Below are positions 37,734 to 47,766 of a DNA stretch of 64,000 nt, piece after piece (position 1 is the first letter of the stretch; each line of letters opens with the position of its first letter). Both the position numbers and the translations under genes were made by a program. A model generated the notes under the pieces. That model was not told where the DNA came from and did not search any database. It was given only the letters and a program-made list of their open reading frames with translations. This DNA is from an uncultured Trueperaceae bacterium (GTDB lineage: Bacteria > Deinococcota > Deinococci > Deinococcales > Trueperaceae): NCBI GenBank assembly GCA_963815215.1, contig CAWFFU010000004.1:128001-192000 (forward strand), in the 5' to 3' direction.

Positions 37734-38019
37734 ACTTCCTGTCGATTCCTGGAACGGCGGCGCACCGTCGCGCGTACGTGCGGCCCGATCCTGCGCTCCC
37801 GTCCCCTGTCGGCCGCCTCGCGGCCCTCGTCCGGTGTGTTCTCACTGGAGGTGTTCGTTCACGGCATGGCGGTCGCCCACGTTCCGGCGGCGCGGTCCTC
37901 CATGCGTAGCGGGGAGGTGAGCGGGTCCATCTGACAGGGCGCGCCGAGCGTACGTGGGGTCCGCCCGACGTGCCGCCCAGAACACCTTAGGCATCACCTG
38001 CTTGCCCTTGGAGGCAGAC

Positions 38020-39219
38020 ATGTACAAGAGGATCACGGCGCTCGTCGCCGCGGCCGCGCTGCTGGCAGTGCTCGGCTTCGCAGCGGCGCAGGGCCCCATC
38101 AAGATCGGTATCTCGCTCTCGCTCTCTGGCGACTTCTCGGCCGACGGCCAGGGCTTCCAGAACGGCTATCAGCTATGGGCGGACCACGTCAACGCGACCG
38201 GCGGGCTTCTCGGGCGGCAGGTGCAGCTCGACATCGTCAACGACAACTCGAGCCCCGACCAGGTCCAGACCAACTACCAGAAGCTCATCACGGTGGACAA
38301 GGTGCCGTTGATCCTGGGGCCGTTCTCGACGCTGCTCACCAAGCCCGCTTCGGTGGTGGCGAACCGCTACGGCTACGCCATGGTGGAGGGCGCGGGCGGC
38401 GCGCCGTCGGTCTTCAACCGCGGGCTGAACAACGTCTTCGACGTGGCGCTCCCGGTCATCAACGACCTCGACAGCTTCACCCAGTACATCCTCTCGCTGC
38501 CGGCTTCACAGCGGCCCAAGACGGTGGCCTACGCGACCAATGACGATCCCTTCACGCAGCCGCAGGTCGAGCGTTCGCGCAAGTTGTTCGAGGCCGCCGG
38601 CCTGAAGACGGTGTCGTTCCAGACCTATCCGTCGGAGACGACCGACTTCAACCCCATCGCCGACAAGATCATCCAGTCGAAGGCCGATCTGGTCGTGGCG
38701 GGCACCTTCATGCCCGACATCGTGGCCTTCGTGCAACGCTTCCGGCAGCAGCACTACAACCCCCAGGGTCTGGTCGCCACGGCCGGGCCCGACCTCGGCT
38801 CGCAGTTCATCCAGGCCGTCGGCGGAGCGCAGAACGCCGAGGGCATCCTGGTGCCGAACACCTGGTACCCGGGCGCCGACAATGCGGGCAACGCCGACTT
38901 CGTCAAGGCCTACATCGCCAAGTACGGCGGCAAGGCCGCCGACATCAACGGTGATGCGGCCGAGGGCTACGCCGCGGGCCAGGTCCTGCAGGCCGCCGTC
39001 GAGAAGGTGGGCAGCCTCGACAACGCCAAGATCATCGCCGAGCTCCACTCCGGCGACACCTTCAAGAGCATCCTCGGCGATGTGACCTTCAACGGCGTGG
39101 GCGAGAACACCGCGGCCAAGGCGTACCTGTTCCAGTGGCAGAAGGGCCAGTACCTGCCCGTCTACCCGGACAGCGCAGCGGTGGCTCCGTTCGAGTTCCC
39201 CAAGCCGGCCTGGAAGTGA
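38020..39219 (+). CDS. HAAT ABC substrate-binding protein 2 (paralogue of SBP 1)
   Basis: GGAGG RBS; AAAQGPIKIGISL, GGLLGRQV, VEGAGGAP, LPASQRPKT, QWQKG shared with SBP 1. Confidence 0.92.
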   Translation: MYKRITALVAAAALLAVLGFAAAQGPIKIGISLSLSGDFSADGQGFQNGYQLWADHVNATGGLLGRQVQLDIVNDNSSPDQVQTNYQKLITVDKVPLILGPFSTLLTKPASVVANRYGYAMVEGAGGAPSVFNRGLNNVFDVALPVINDLDSFTQYILSLPASQRPKTVAYATNDDPFTQPQVERSRKLFEAAGLKTVSFQTYPSETTDFNPIADKIIQSKADLVVAGTFMPDIVAFVQRFRQQHYNPQGLVATAGPDLGSQFIQAVGGAQNAEGILVPNTWYPGADNAGNADFVKAYIAKYGGKAADINGDAAEGYAAGQVLQAAVEKVGSLDNAKIIAELHSGDTFKSILGDVTFNGVGENTAAKAYLFQWQKGQYLPVYPDSAAVAPFEFPKPAWK

Positions 39220-39239
39220 AGTGAGGAACTCCGGGTTCT

Positions 39240-39269
39240 GGAGGGACGGCGCGCGAGCGCCGTCCCTCC
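39240..39269 (+). terminator. Stem-loop after SBP gene 2
   Basis: ggagggacggcgc-GCGA-gcgccgtccctcc 13-bp stem with GNRA loop; no U tract. Confidence 0.6.
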
Positions 39270-39342
39270 CTCACCATCGCGGCGCCCGTCGGCCAGGGCG
39301 GGCGCGCGAGCGACGCGCCGTCACCGACTGCGGACGCGAGCC

Positions 39343-40218
39343 ATGCGCATAGTCGTCGACGCCATCATCACGGGCGTGCTCTCCGGCGGGATCTACGTTC
39401 TCATGGCGCTCGGGCTGACGCTGATCTTCGGTGTGATGGACATCATCAACGTGGGTCAGGGAGCGCTCGTGATCCTGGGTGCCTACCTCAGCTACGTCCT
39501 GCAGCAGTACCTCCACATCGACCTGTTCCTCGGGCTGCTCATCACCATGCCCGTGATGTTCGGGCTCGGGGTGGCGCTGGAGGCGGCCTTCGTGCGCCCC
39601 ATCCGCTGGGAACGCACCACCCTGTCCATCCTCGTCACCTTCGCTATCGCGCTGCTCATCCAGGGGGCGTTGTCGCTCGTATTCTCGACCAACCTGGTGC
39701 AGATGCACGCCTGGTACGTCGATCACTCGGTGAAGATCGGCAGCTTCTACCTGGCGTGGGTCTATATCTTCGACTTCCTGCTGAGCGTGGTGCTGGTGAC
39801 CGGGCTCTACCTGCTCCTCAACCGCACCAAGTTCGGTGCGAGCCTGCGCGCCTCGATGCAGAACCGCACGGCCGCGCAGCTCATCGGCATCGACGTCGAG
39901 CGGGTCTCGGCGATCACCTTCGGTATCGGGGTGGCGTTGGCGGCGGCCGGGGGCATGGCCTACGGCGCGACCTCGGCGTTCAACCCCAACAGCCAGTACG
40001 ACCTGATCTCGCGCCTGCTGGCGATCATCATCCTGGGAGGCATGGGCAGCCTGCGCGGCGCCGTCATCGCAGGCCTCGGGATGCTCGTCGTCGAGGACGT
40101 CACCTCGGTGGTGTGGTCGCCGGTGTGGGCCAGCACGGTGTTCTACATGGCCCTGGTGCTGGTGCTGGTGGTCCGGCCGCAGGGCCTGTTCGGACGCCTC
40201 GCAGGAAGGCAGCAATGA
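39343..40218 (+). CDS. HAAT ABC permease (LivH-like)
   Basis: ALGLTLIFGVMDIINVGQG, LGGMGSLRGA, RPQGLFG. Confidence 0.93.
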   Translation: MRIVVDAIITGVLSGGIYVLMALGLTLIFGVMDIINVGQGALVILGAYLSYVLQQYLHIDLFLGLLITMPVMFGLGVALEAAFVRPIRWERTTLSILVTFAIALLIQGALSLVFSTNLVQMHAWYVDHSVKIGSFYLAWVYIFDFLLSVVLVTGLYLLLNRTKFGASLRASMQNRTAAQLIGIDVERVSAITFGIGVALAAAGGMAYGATSAFNPNSQYDLISRLLAIIILGGMGSLRGAVIAGLGMLVVEDVTSVVWSPVWASTVFYMALVLVLVVRPQGLFGRLAGRQQ

Positions 40219-41264
40219 AGACCCTGCGCCCCGTCCTCCTGCTCGTCCTGCTGGCTCTGGCGGTCGTGTTCCCGCTGCTGTTCCCCAACCCCGCGGTCGA
40301 CACGGTGGCGGTCCTCACCGTCCTCTTCGCGACCGCGGTCACCGCCTGGAACGCCTTCTCGGGCTACAGCGGTTACATCTCCATCGGCCACGCGGCGTTC
40401 TTCGGCATCGGTTCCTACGCCGTCGCCATCTTGTGCCAGGACTGGCACGTCCCCGGCGGATACCTGCCCTTCCTGCTGCTGCCGGTCGCCGGGCTCATCG
40501 CCGTGGTGTTCGCCGTCCCGATGGGCTGGGTGGCGCTCAGGACGCGCAAGCACACCTTCGTCATCCTGACCATCGCGATGTTCTTCATCATGCAGCTCAT
40601 GGCGTTCAACCTCCGCGGCCTCACCAACGGCTCGCGGGGCATGAGCCTGCCCATCCCCACCCACTGGAGCGGCGCCTTCTACGACCTGCCCTTCTACTAC
40701 GTGGGGCTGGCCCTGCTGCTGCTGGCGCTGGCGGTCTCGTGGTGGATCCGCAACTCCAAGTACGGCCTGGGTCTGCTGGCGATCCGCGACGACGAGGATC
40801 GCGCCCGCGGCCTCGGCGTGCGTACGGGAGCGTTCAAGCTCACCGCCTTCGTGATCGCCGCCTTCTTCTTCGGGATGGTCGGCGGCCTGCACGCCTACTT
40901 CGTGGAGTCGATCTTCCCGGCTTTCGCGTTCGACCCGCTGATCGACCTGATGGTCGCCCTGATGGCGTTCCTGGGCGGACTCGGCACGCTGGCGGGGCCG
41001 GTCCTGGGGGCCGTGATCCTGGAGCCGGCCCAACAGTACTTCACCATCTGGTTCAGCCGGCCCGGCTACTACCTGATGATCTACGGGGCGCTGTTCCTGG
41101 TCATCATCCTGCTCCTGCCCCAGGGCATCATCCCTGCCCTGCGCGCCCGCTTCACGCGCTCCGAGGCGCTGGCGGGACCGGTACGGCACACTGAGGGCGG
41201 CGACGGCCTGTCGGGAGCGGCCGTGGCCGCCGAGGGTGAGCCGGAACGAGGGGGTGGAGCATGA
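40215..41264 (+). CDS. HAAT ABC permease (LivM-like)
   Basis: WNAFSGYSGYISIGHAAFFG, AIRDDEDRA, GGLGTLAGP, LPQGI. Confidence 0.93.
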   Translation: MKTLRPVLLLVLLALAVVFPLLFPNPAVDTVAVLTVLFATAVTAWNAFSGYSGYISIGHAAFFGIGSYAVAILCQDWHVPGGYLPFLLLPVAGLIAVVFAVPMGWVALRTRKHTFVILTIAMFFIMQLMAFNLRGLTNGSRGMSLPIPTHWSGAFYDLPFYYVGLALLLLALAVSWWIRNSKYGLGLLAIRDDEDRARGLGVRTGAFKLTAFVIAAFFFGMVGGLHAYFVESIFPAFAFDPLIDLMVALMAFLGGLGTLAGPVLGAVILEPAQQYFTIWFSRPGYYLMIYGALFLVIILLLPQGIIPALRARFTRSEALAGPVRHTEGGDGLSGAAVAAEGEPERGGGA

Positions 41265-41992
41265 GCCTGCTCGCGGCAACGGCGGTGTCGAAGGCGTTCG
41301 GAGGCGTGCAAGCGCTCGACAACTGCTCGATCACGGTCGAGAAGGGGAGCCTCACCGGGCTCATCGGCCCCAACGGCTCGGGCAAGACCACGTTGTTCAA
41401 CGTCATGACCGGCTACGAGACGGTGGACGCCGGCGAGGTCGCCTTCGCCGGCAAGCCCATCACCAATGCCACTCCCGACCGGGTGTTCCAGCTCGGCGTC
41501 GGCCGCACCTTCCAGCTCACCCGCATCTTCCCGCGCCTGACGGTGCTGGAGAACATGCACGTGGCGGCGCAGCGGCAGGGGTGGCGGGCGTTGTTCGGGC
41601 GCTGGAGCTCGTCGGGGGAGCACCAGAGGGCCTTGGAGCTGCTCGATTTCGTGGGCCTCACCCGCCTCAAGGACGTGCCCGCGCGCAACCTCTCCTACGG
41701 CCAGAAGAAGCTGCTGGAGTTCGCCTACGTGCTGGTGGCCGAGCCCGAGGTGATCCTGCTCGACGAGCCCGCCGGCGGCGTCAACCCGACGATGATCCGC
41801 TACCTTACCGAGCGGATCCGCGAGCTCAACGAGCGCGGGGTGACCTTCCTGATGGTGGAGCACAACATGGAGTTCGTGATGGGGCTATGCGACCGCGTCG
41901 TCGTCATGAACCACGGCGAGACGATCGCCGACGGCGACCCTGAGACCGTCCGCAACGATCAACAGGTCCTCGAAGCCTACCTGGGGGCATGA
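41261..41992 (+). CDS. HAAT ABC ATPase (LivG-like)
   Basis: [29 protein letters not shown]. Confidence 0.94.
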   Translation: MSLLAATAVSKAFGGVQALDNCSITVEKGSLTGLIGPNGSGKTTLFNVMTGYETVDAGEVAFAGKPITNATPDRVFQLGVGRTFQLTRIFPRLTVLENMHVAAQRQGWRALFGRWSSSGEHQRALELLDFVGLTRLKDVPARNLSYGQKKLLEFAYVLVAEPEVILLDEPAGGVNPTMIRYLTERIRELNERGVTFLMVEHNMEFVMGLCDRVVVMNHGETIADGDPETVRNDQQVLEAYLGA

Positions 41993-42717
41993 GCATGCTT
42001 CTCGAGTTGCGCAAGGTGACGGCCGGCTACGACGGCAGCGACGTGCTCAAGTCCCTCGACCTCACGGTGGAGGAGGGTTCGGTCACCTGCATCGTCGGGC
42101 CCAACGGCGCCGGCAAGTCGACGGTGCTCAAGGTGGTGAGTGGCCTGCTCAAGCCGCGGCGCGGCGAGATCGTCTTCAAGGGGCGCGGCGTCACCGGCCT
42201 CAACCCCCGCGGGGCGCTGGCGCTCGGCATCGTCCAGGTGCCGCAGAACCACAGCCTGTTCCCCGACATGACGGTGCGGGAGAACGTGCGCCTGGGTGGC
42301 TTCACCATCGCCGACACGGCCCTGGTCGACGAACGCATGCGTGAGGTCGAGGCCATGTTCCCGATCGTGAAGGCGCGCGCCGGAGAGAAGGCGGGCAACC
42401 TCTCGGGCGGTCAGCAAAGGCTGGTGGAGTTCGCCCGCTCGCTGATGCTCGATCCCGAGATGATCCTGCTCGACGAGCCCTCGATGGGCCTCGACCCGAA
42501 GACCTCGAAGGCCGTGTTCGAGACCGTCGCCCGCATGCACCAGGGGGGCCGCACCATCCTCCTGGTCGAGCAGAACGTTCGGGCCGGCCTCGCCATCGCC
42601 ACCCACGGCATCGTGCTGGAGAGCGGGCAGGTGCGTCTCGAAGGCTCGCACGACGAGGTCCTCGGCAACCCACAGATCGGCAGGCTCTACCTCGGCACCG
42701 CCCTCGCCGACGCCTGA
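41989..42717 (+). CDS. HAAT ABC ATPase (LivF-like)
   Basis: [29 protein letters not shown]. Confidence 0.94.
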   Translation: MSMLLELRKVTAGYDGSDVLKSLDLTVEEGSVTCIVGPNGAGKSTVLKVVSGLLKPRRGEIVFKGRGVTGLNPRGALALGIVQVPQNHSLFPDMTVRENVRLGGFTIADTALVDERMREVEAMFPIVKARAGEKAGNLSGGQQRLVEFARSLMLDPEMILLDEPSMGLDPKTSKAVFETVARMHQGGRTILLVEQNVRAGLAIATHGIVLESGQVRLEGSHDEVLGNPQIGRLYLGTALADA

Positions 42718-42857
42718 GGCCTCGCGTCGCGACGCGACGCGAGGTGTACCGTCCCCGACGCCGCCCGGCGAGCACGCAACGCCGGGCGATTAGACTGGGA
42801 CGCAGGCGTCACCCACTGGAGGGACACCTTCCCAGGCCGGTCGCTGGAGGGAGCCAC

Positions 42858-44960
42858 GTGCTGAGTACCCCGGAGAAACTCGTCTTCCTCGTCCTGACGC
42901 TGGTGTCGCTGTACTTCGCCGGTGTGGGCTTCGCGCGCGTGGTCCGCGTCGTGCTGCGCGGGCGCGAAGGCTCCTACCCGCGGCTCGATCACCTCCCCGT
43001 CCGGCTGGGCGCGGGCATCGCGAGGGTGCTGTCGCAGCGCACGGTGTTCCGGGCGCGGCCGTGGGTGAGCCTGTTCCACAGCTTCATCTTCTACGGTTTC
43101 ATGCTCTACCTGTTCGTCAACCTGATCGACCTGCTCAACGGCTATCTGCCGCACGCCTGGACCGAGGGCATCCGGCTGGGCCTCGTGGGCGACCTCTACC
43201 GGCTGCTGGCCGACGTGCTCACGGTCCTGATCCTGGTGGGCATGGTCTATATGCTGGTGCGGCGCTTCTGGGCGCGGGACCCGCGCCTGGAGATGGGCCA
43301 GCCGACGCTGCTGCACGACAAGGTCAGGCTCGGCGGCATCCAGCGCGACAGCCTCATCGTGGGCGTGTTCATCCTGCTGCATGTGGGCTTCCGCCTCTTC
43401 GGGGAGAGCTTCCTGCTCGCTTCCGAAGGGCACCCTGACGCCTATCAGCCGGTCGCGAGCGCGGTGGCGTCGCTGGTGGGCTTCGGGCCCGGCCGCATCT
43501 GGGGCTGGCACGTCGGCTGGTGGGCGGCGCTCGGCATGATCCTGGCGTTCCTGCCGTACTTCCCTCGTTCCAAGCACCTGCACCTCATCGCCGCACCGTT
43601 CAACTTCGCCTTCGAGCGGCGCCATGAGAACGGCGGCCGCGTGTCGAGCGGTGCGCTCGACCCCATCGATTTCGAGGACGAGTCGCTGGAGCAGTTCGGC
43701 GCCGCCAGCCTCGAGCACCTGCGCTTCCCTCAGCTCCTCGACCCCTACGCCTGCATCCAGTGCAACCGCTGCGCCGACGTGTGCCCGGCCAACCAGACCG
43801 GCAAGGCGCTCAGCCCGGCCGCGCTGGAGATCAACAAGCGCTACGAGCTCAACCTGGTGGGCGAGGCGTTCGCGCGGGGTGAGGCCAGCCCGCGCCCGCT
43901 GATCGAGTTCGCCATCGCCCCAGAGGCGCTGTGGGCCTGCACCACCTGCGGCGCGTGCATGGAGGTGTGCCCGGTCGGGTGCGAGCAGATGATCGACATC
44001 GTCGACATCCGGCGCGACCAGGTGCTCATGCAGGGCGAGTTCCCCTCGGAGCTGCAGACGGCCTTCCGCGGCATGGAGCGCACCGGCAACCCCTGGGGCC
44101 TCGGCCAGGACAAGCGCATGGACTGGGCCGAGGGACTCGACGTCCCCACCGTCGAGCAGAAGCCCGATTTCGAGGTGCTGTTCTGGGTCGGCTGCGCCGG
44201 CTCCTACGACCCCGCGGCGCAGAAGACCACCCGCGCCATGGTGCGCATCCTCGAGCAAGCGGGCGTGAACTACGCCGTTCTGGGCAAGGGCGAGAAGTGC
44301 ACCGGCGATCCCGCCCGGCGCGCCGGCAACGAGTACCTGTACTATCAGCTCGCTACCGAGAACGTGGCGGTGCTCAACGACACGCTGGCCTCGGAGGCGC
44401 TCGACGGTGACAGCGCCAAGCTGGTGCTCACCACCTGCCCCCACTGCTTCAACGCCCTGTTCAACGACTACCCGCAGCTCGGCGGCGAGTACCAGGTGGT
44501 GCACCACACCCAGCTCATCGAGCGCCTCATGGCTGAAGGGCGCATCCCAGCGGTGGGGCTCGACGCCAGCATCACCTACCACGACCCCTGCTACCTGGGG
44601 CGCCACAACAGCGTCTACGACGCGCCACGTAACGTCTTGACGGCGGGCGGCGGCGAGCTGCGTGAGATGGAGAAGAACCGTAACGACGCGCTGTGCTGCG
44701 GGGCCGGCGGCGCCCAGTTCTGGAAGGAAGAGGAAGAGGGGCGCATGCGCGTGTCCGAGCTGCGCTTCAGCCAGGCGAAGGCGACCGGCGCCGAGATCGT
44801 GGCGGCAGCGTGCCCCTTCTGCAAGGTGATGCTCTCCAGCAGCGAGGGCGCGCAGGGGGAGGGCGCTCCCGAGGTCCTCGACGTGGCGCAGCTGGTGGCG
44901 GCGCAGCTCGACGCCATCCAGGCGCGGGTCTCCGGAGGGAGCGAGGCCGCCGGCGATTGA
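42858..44960 (+). CDS. Membrane Fe-S oxidoreductase (FadF/HdrD-like: TM region, 2x 4Fe-4S, CCG domains)
   Basis: PRSKHLH, CIQCNRCADVCP, CTTCGACMEVCP, WVGC, CPHC, YHDPCYLGR, CCGAGG, ACPFC; GGAG RBS before GTG 42858. Confidence 0.9.
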   Translation: MLSTPEKLVFLVLTLVSLYFAGVGFARVVRVVLRGREGSYPRLDHLPVRLGAGIARVLSQRTVFRARPWVSLFHSFIFYGFMLYLFVNLIDLLNGYLPHAWTEGIRLGLVGDLYRLLADVLTVLILVGMVYMLVRRFWARDPRLEMGQPTLLHDKVRLGGIQRDSLIVGVFILLHVGFRLFGESFLLASEGHPDAYQPVASAVASLVGFGPGRIWGWHVGWWAALGMILAFLPYFPRSKHLHLIAAPFNFAFERRHENGGRVSSGALDPIDFEDESLEQFGAASLEHLRFPQLLDPYACIQCNRCADVCPANQTGKALSPAALEINKRYELNLVGEAFARGEASPRPLIEFAIAPEALWACTTCGACMEVCPVGCEQMIDIVDIRRDQVLMQGEFPSELQTAFRGMERTGNPWGLGQDKRMDWAEGLDVPTVEQKPDFEVLFWVGCAGSYDPAAQKTTRAMVRILEQAGVNYAVLGKGEKCTGDPARRAGNEYLYYQLATENVAVLNDTLASEALDGDSAKLVLTTCPHCFNALFNDYPQLGGEYQVVHHTQLIERLMAEGRIPAVGLDASITYHDPCYLGRHNSVYDAPRNVLTAGGGELREMEKNRNDALCCGAGGAQFWKEEEEGRMRVSELRFSQAKATGAEIVAAACPFCKVMLSSSEGAQGEGAPEVLDVAQLVAAQLDAIQARVSGGSEAAGD

Positions 44961-45125
44961 GCCGGACGCCGCCGACCCGGGGGCCGCTGGCCGCCGGGTC
45001 GAGTGGCATTGTCGGCAGGCCGCCCCCGCACGCGGAACGTATCCTGAGCGCGGCGGCGACCGCGAGGCGATGGTGATGGGGGGACGGCCAGCGGCTGCCC
45101 GAGCTCTCGAGGAGGCCGTGCCCCC

Positions 45126-47726
45126 GTGTGCGCCGAACCGGTGAACCAGGCGGACGTGTTGAGCGTCGACGTCCTGTTCCGACACCACCCCCAACCGATG
45201 TGGCTGGTGGACGTGCCGAGCCTGCGGCTCGTCGACGTCAATGTGGCGGCCCTGGAGCGCTACCGTCTGGAACGCGCGGCGTTCCTGGCGCGGTCGTTGC
45301 CCGAGATGTGGGTGGCCGGCCCGCCGCGACTCACCGCCGCCACCGCCGACCCCCACGTGCTCGCCGCTGCCGTGAGCGGACCGGCCCTTCACCGGCGGGG
45401 CGACGGGTCGGTGCTCTCGGTGCGGGTCGAGGCGCGGCCGCTGGAGAGTGGCTCCGGCAAGCGGTTGCTGGTCATGGCGCAGGAGGAGCCGGGCGCGCTC
45501 GTCGCCGGGGACGGCGGCGACGAGCTGGCGGGCGCCCTGCTGGAGCTCGGCTCCGACGCGGTGCTGCTGCTCGACGCCGAGCAGCGCATCACCGACTTCA
45601 ACCCGCGCGCGCGGGTGCTGCTGGGCGCGGGCGCGGCGCACCTCGAGGGGCTCGCCATCACCCGGCTGCTGCCGCCCGGCGACGCCCTGACGCCCGCCCT
45701 GCTGGCGGGGGCTGCCGCCGGGGACCCGCTTCGCGCCGAGGTGGAGCTGCAACGGCTCGACGGCGGCCGGGTGCCCGCCGAGCTGGTGCTCAAGGCGCTG
45801 CCGGACGGTCGGGCGCTGGTGTTGCTGAGCGACGTGACCCTCAAGCGCACGGCGGAGCGCACGCTGGCGCGCAGCGAGCGCCGCTTCCGGGCGCTCATCC
45901 AGAACAGCAACGACATCATCGTGCTGCTCGATGCCGACGCGCAGCCCCTGTACCTGTCGCCATCGGCTGCGCGCCTGGGCTTCGACCCGGCGTCGGGGAG
46001 GGACTTCGATCTGCGCGCGGGGGTGCATCCGCGCGATCGGCGCGCCACCGACGAGGCGCTGGCTCGACTGGTGCGGGAGGGGGGCGTGCAGTCCGCCACC
46101 TTCCGCCTGCTCACCACGCGGGGGTGGCGCTGGCTGGAGTCGGTGGGCACCAATCGGCTCGACGACCCCGATGTCGAGGGGCTGGTGTTGAACGTGCGCG
46201 ACGTGACCGAGCGCGTCGAGGCCGAGACCCGGTTGCGCGAGAGCGAGGCCTACTACCGGGCGCTGTTCGACAAGAGCATGGAGGGGGTCGTGCTGATCGA
46301 GTCCGACCGGCGCTTGCGCATGGCGAGCGGCGCGGCCCTGCGGCTGCTCGGCTACGAGCCCGAGGAGGTCGTCGGCAAGGACCGAATCGACCTCGTTCAC
46401 GAGGACGATCGCGATGCGTTCCTCGACGCCCTCGATCTGGTGGAGGCGAAGGCAGGCGCCAGCGAGTCGGTGCGCTTCAGGCTGCGTGACGCCGGCGGAG
46501 CCTGGCGCTGGCTCGAGGGGGTCGTCACCAACCTGGAGCGCGATGCCGACGTTGGCGCCATCGTGTTGAACTTCCGCGAGATCACGGATCGGGTGCGGGC
46601 GATGGAGAAGATCTCCGATCTCAACACCGAGCTACGGCGCCGGCTCGCCCATCTACAGTCGCTGCGGCGCATCGACATGGCGATCACCAACAGCGTCGAC
46701 GTGCGACTGGTGCTCGACATCTTCATGGATCAGCTGCTGAACGATCTTGGGGTCGACGCGGTGGCCGTGCTGCTGTTCGACGGCTCCGCCGGCGAGCTGA
46801 GCCCGTTCATGGCCCGCGGTTTCGAGGGCGAGCTCGACGCCGAGTTCCGCACGCGCCTGGGCGAGGGGCCGGCGGGGCACGCTGCGCTGGAACAGCGTAC
46901 CGTCTACCTGCCGGACATGGCCGCGAGCGAGGAGGCGGCCGGTGCGGCGGTGGCGTCGTCGCTGCAGGCGGGCTTCACCAGCTACCTGGCGGTACCGATG
47001 CTGGCCAAGGGGCAGCTGCAGGGGGTCATCGAGCTCTACGCCCGCCAACGGCTCGAGCCGGGCGACGAGTGGCTGGAGTTCCTCGAGACGTACGCCGACC
47101 AGGGCGCCATCGCCATCGAGAACTCGCAGCTCCTGCGCTCGCTGGAGCGCAGCAACGTCGAGCTGCAGCGCGCCTACGACCGCACCATCGAAGGCTGGGC
47201 CTTCGCGCTGGACCTCAAGGACGAGGAGACGGCGGGGCACAGCAAGCGGGTGACCGACATGGCGGTGCGGCTGGCGAGGAGCCTGGGGATGGGGCAGGCG
47301 GAGCTGGTGCACCTGCAGCGCGGCGCGCTGCTGCACGACATCGGCAAGATGGGCATCCCGGACCACATCCTGCTCAAGGGCGAGGAGCTCACCGACGAAG
47401 AGTACGATCTCATGAAGCGCCACACCATCTACGCCTACGAGCTGCTCTCGCCCATCGACTTCCTGCGGCCGGCGCTCGACGTCCCGTACTGCCACCACGA
47501 GCGCTGGGACGGCGGCGGCTACCCGCGCGGCCTGGCCGGCGACGACATCCCCCTCGCCGCCCGCATCTTCGCGGTCGTCGACGTGTTCGACGCCCTCACC
47601 AGCGACCGCCCCTACCGCCCGGCCTGGCCGCGCGAGCGGGCGCTCGCCTACATCCGCGCCGAGTCCGGCCGGCACTTCGACCCCGCCGTGGTGACGGCGT
47701 TCTTCGAGGTCGTCGGGGAGGACTGA
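45126..47726 (+). CDS. Multi-PAS / GAF / HD-GYP cyclic di-GMP phosphodiesterase
   Basis: Several PAS/PAC repeats (VHPRD, WRWLE, RDVTER), GAF, then GHSKRV, LLHDIGK, HHERWDGGGYP, DVFDALTSDRPY. Confidence 0.92.
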   Translation: MCAEPVNQADVLSVDVLFRHHPQPMWLVDVPSLRLVDVNVAALERYRLERAAFLARSLPEMWVAGPPRLTAATADPHVLAAAVSGPALHRRGDGSVLSVRVEARPLESGSGKRLLVMAQEEPGALVAGDGGDELAGALLELGSDAVLLLDAEQRITDFNPRARVLLGAGAAHLEGLAITRLLPPGDALTPALLAGAAAGDPLRAEVELQRLDGGRVPAELVLKALPDGRALVLLSDVTLKRTAERTLARSERRFRALIQNSNDIIVLLDADAQPLYLSPSAARLGFDPASGRDFDLRAGVHPRDRRATDEALARLVREGGVQSATFRLLTTRGWRWLESVGTNRLDDPDVEGLVLNVRDVTERVEAETRLRESEAYYRALFDKSMEGVVLIESDRRLRMASGAALRLLGYEPEEVVGKDRIDLVHEDDRDAFLDALDLVEAKAGASESVRFRLRDAGGAWRWLEGVVTNLERDADVGAIVLNFREITDRVRAMEKISDLNTELRRRLAHLQSLRRIDMAITNSVDVRLVLDIFMDQLLNDLGVDAVAVLLFDGSAGELSPFMARGFEGELDAEFRTRLGEGPAGHAALEQRTVYLPDMAASEEAAGAAVASSLQAGFTSYLAVPMLAKGQLQGVIELYARQRLEPGDEWLEFLETYADQGAIAIENSQLLRSLERSNVELQRAYDRTIEGWAFALDLKDEETAGHSKRVTDMAVRLARSLGMGQAELVHLQRGALLHDIGKMGIPDHILLKGEELTDEEYDLMKRHTIYAYELLSPIDFLRPALDVPYCHHERWDGGGYPRGLAGDDIPLAARIFAVVDVFDALTSDRPYRPAWPRERALAYIRAESGRHFDPAVVTAFFEVVGED

Positions 47727-47766
47727 GCGGCGTTCGCATCTGCGGAGTTGGCTTATGCTGGCCCGC

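Noticed and set aside
42687..46400. 1237-aa minus-strand ORF and many other long overlapping ORFs in the track
   Set aside because: Antisense or off-frame shadows of clear genes; stop codons are rare at this GC content and the translations have no motifs
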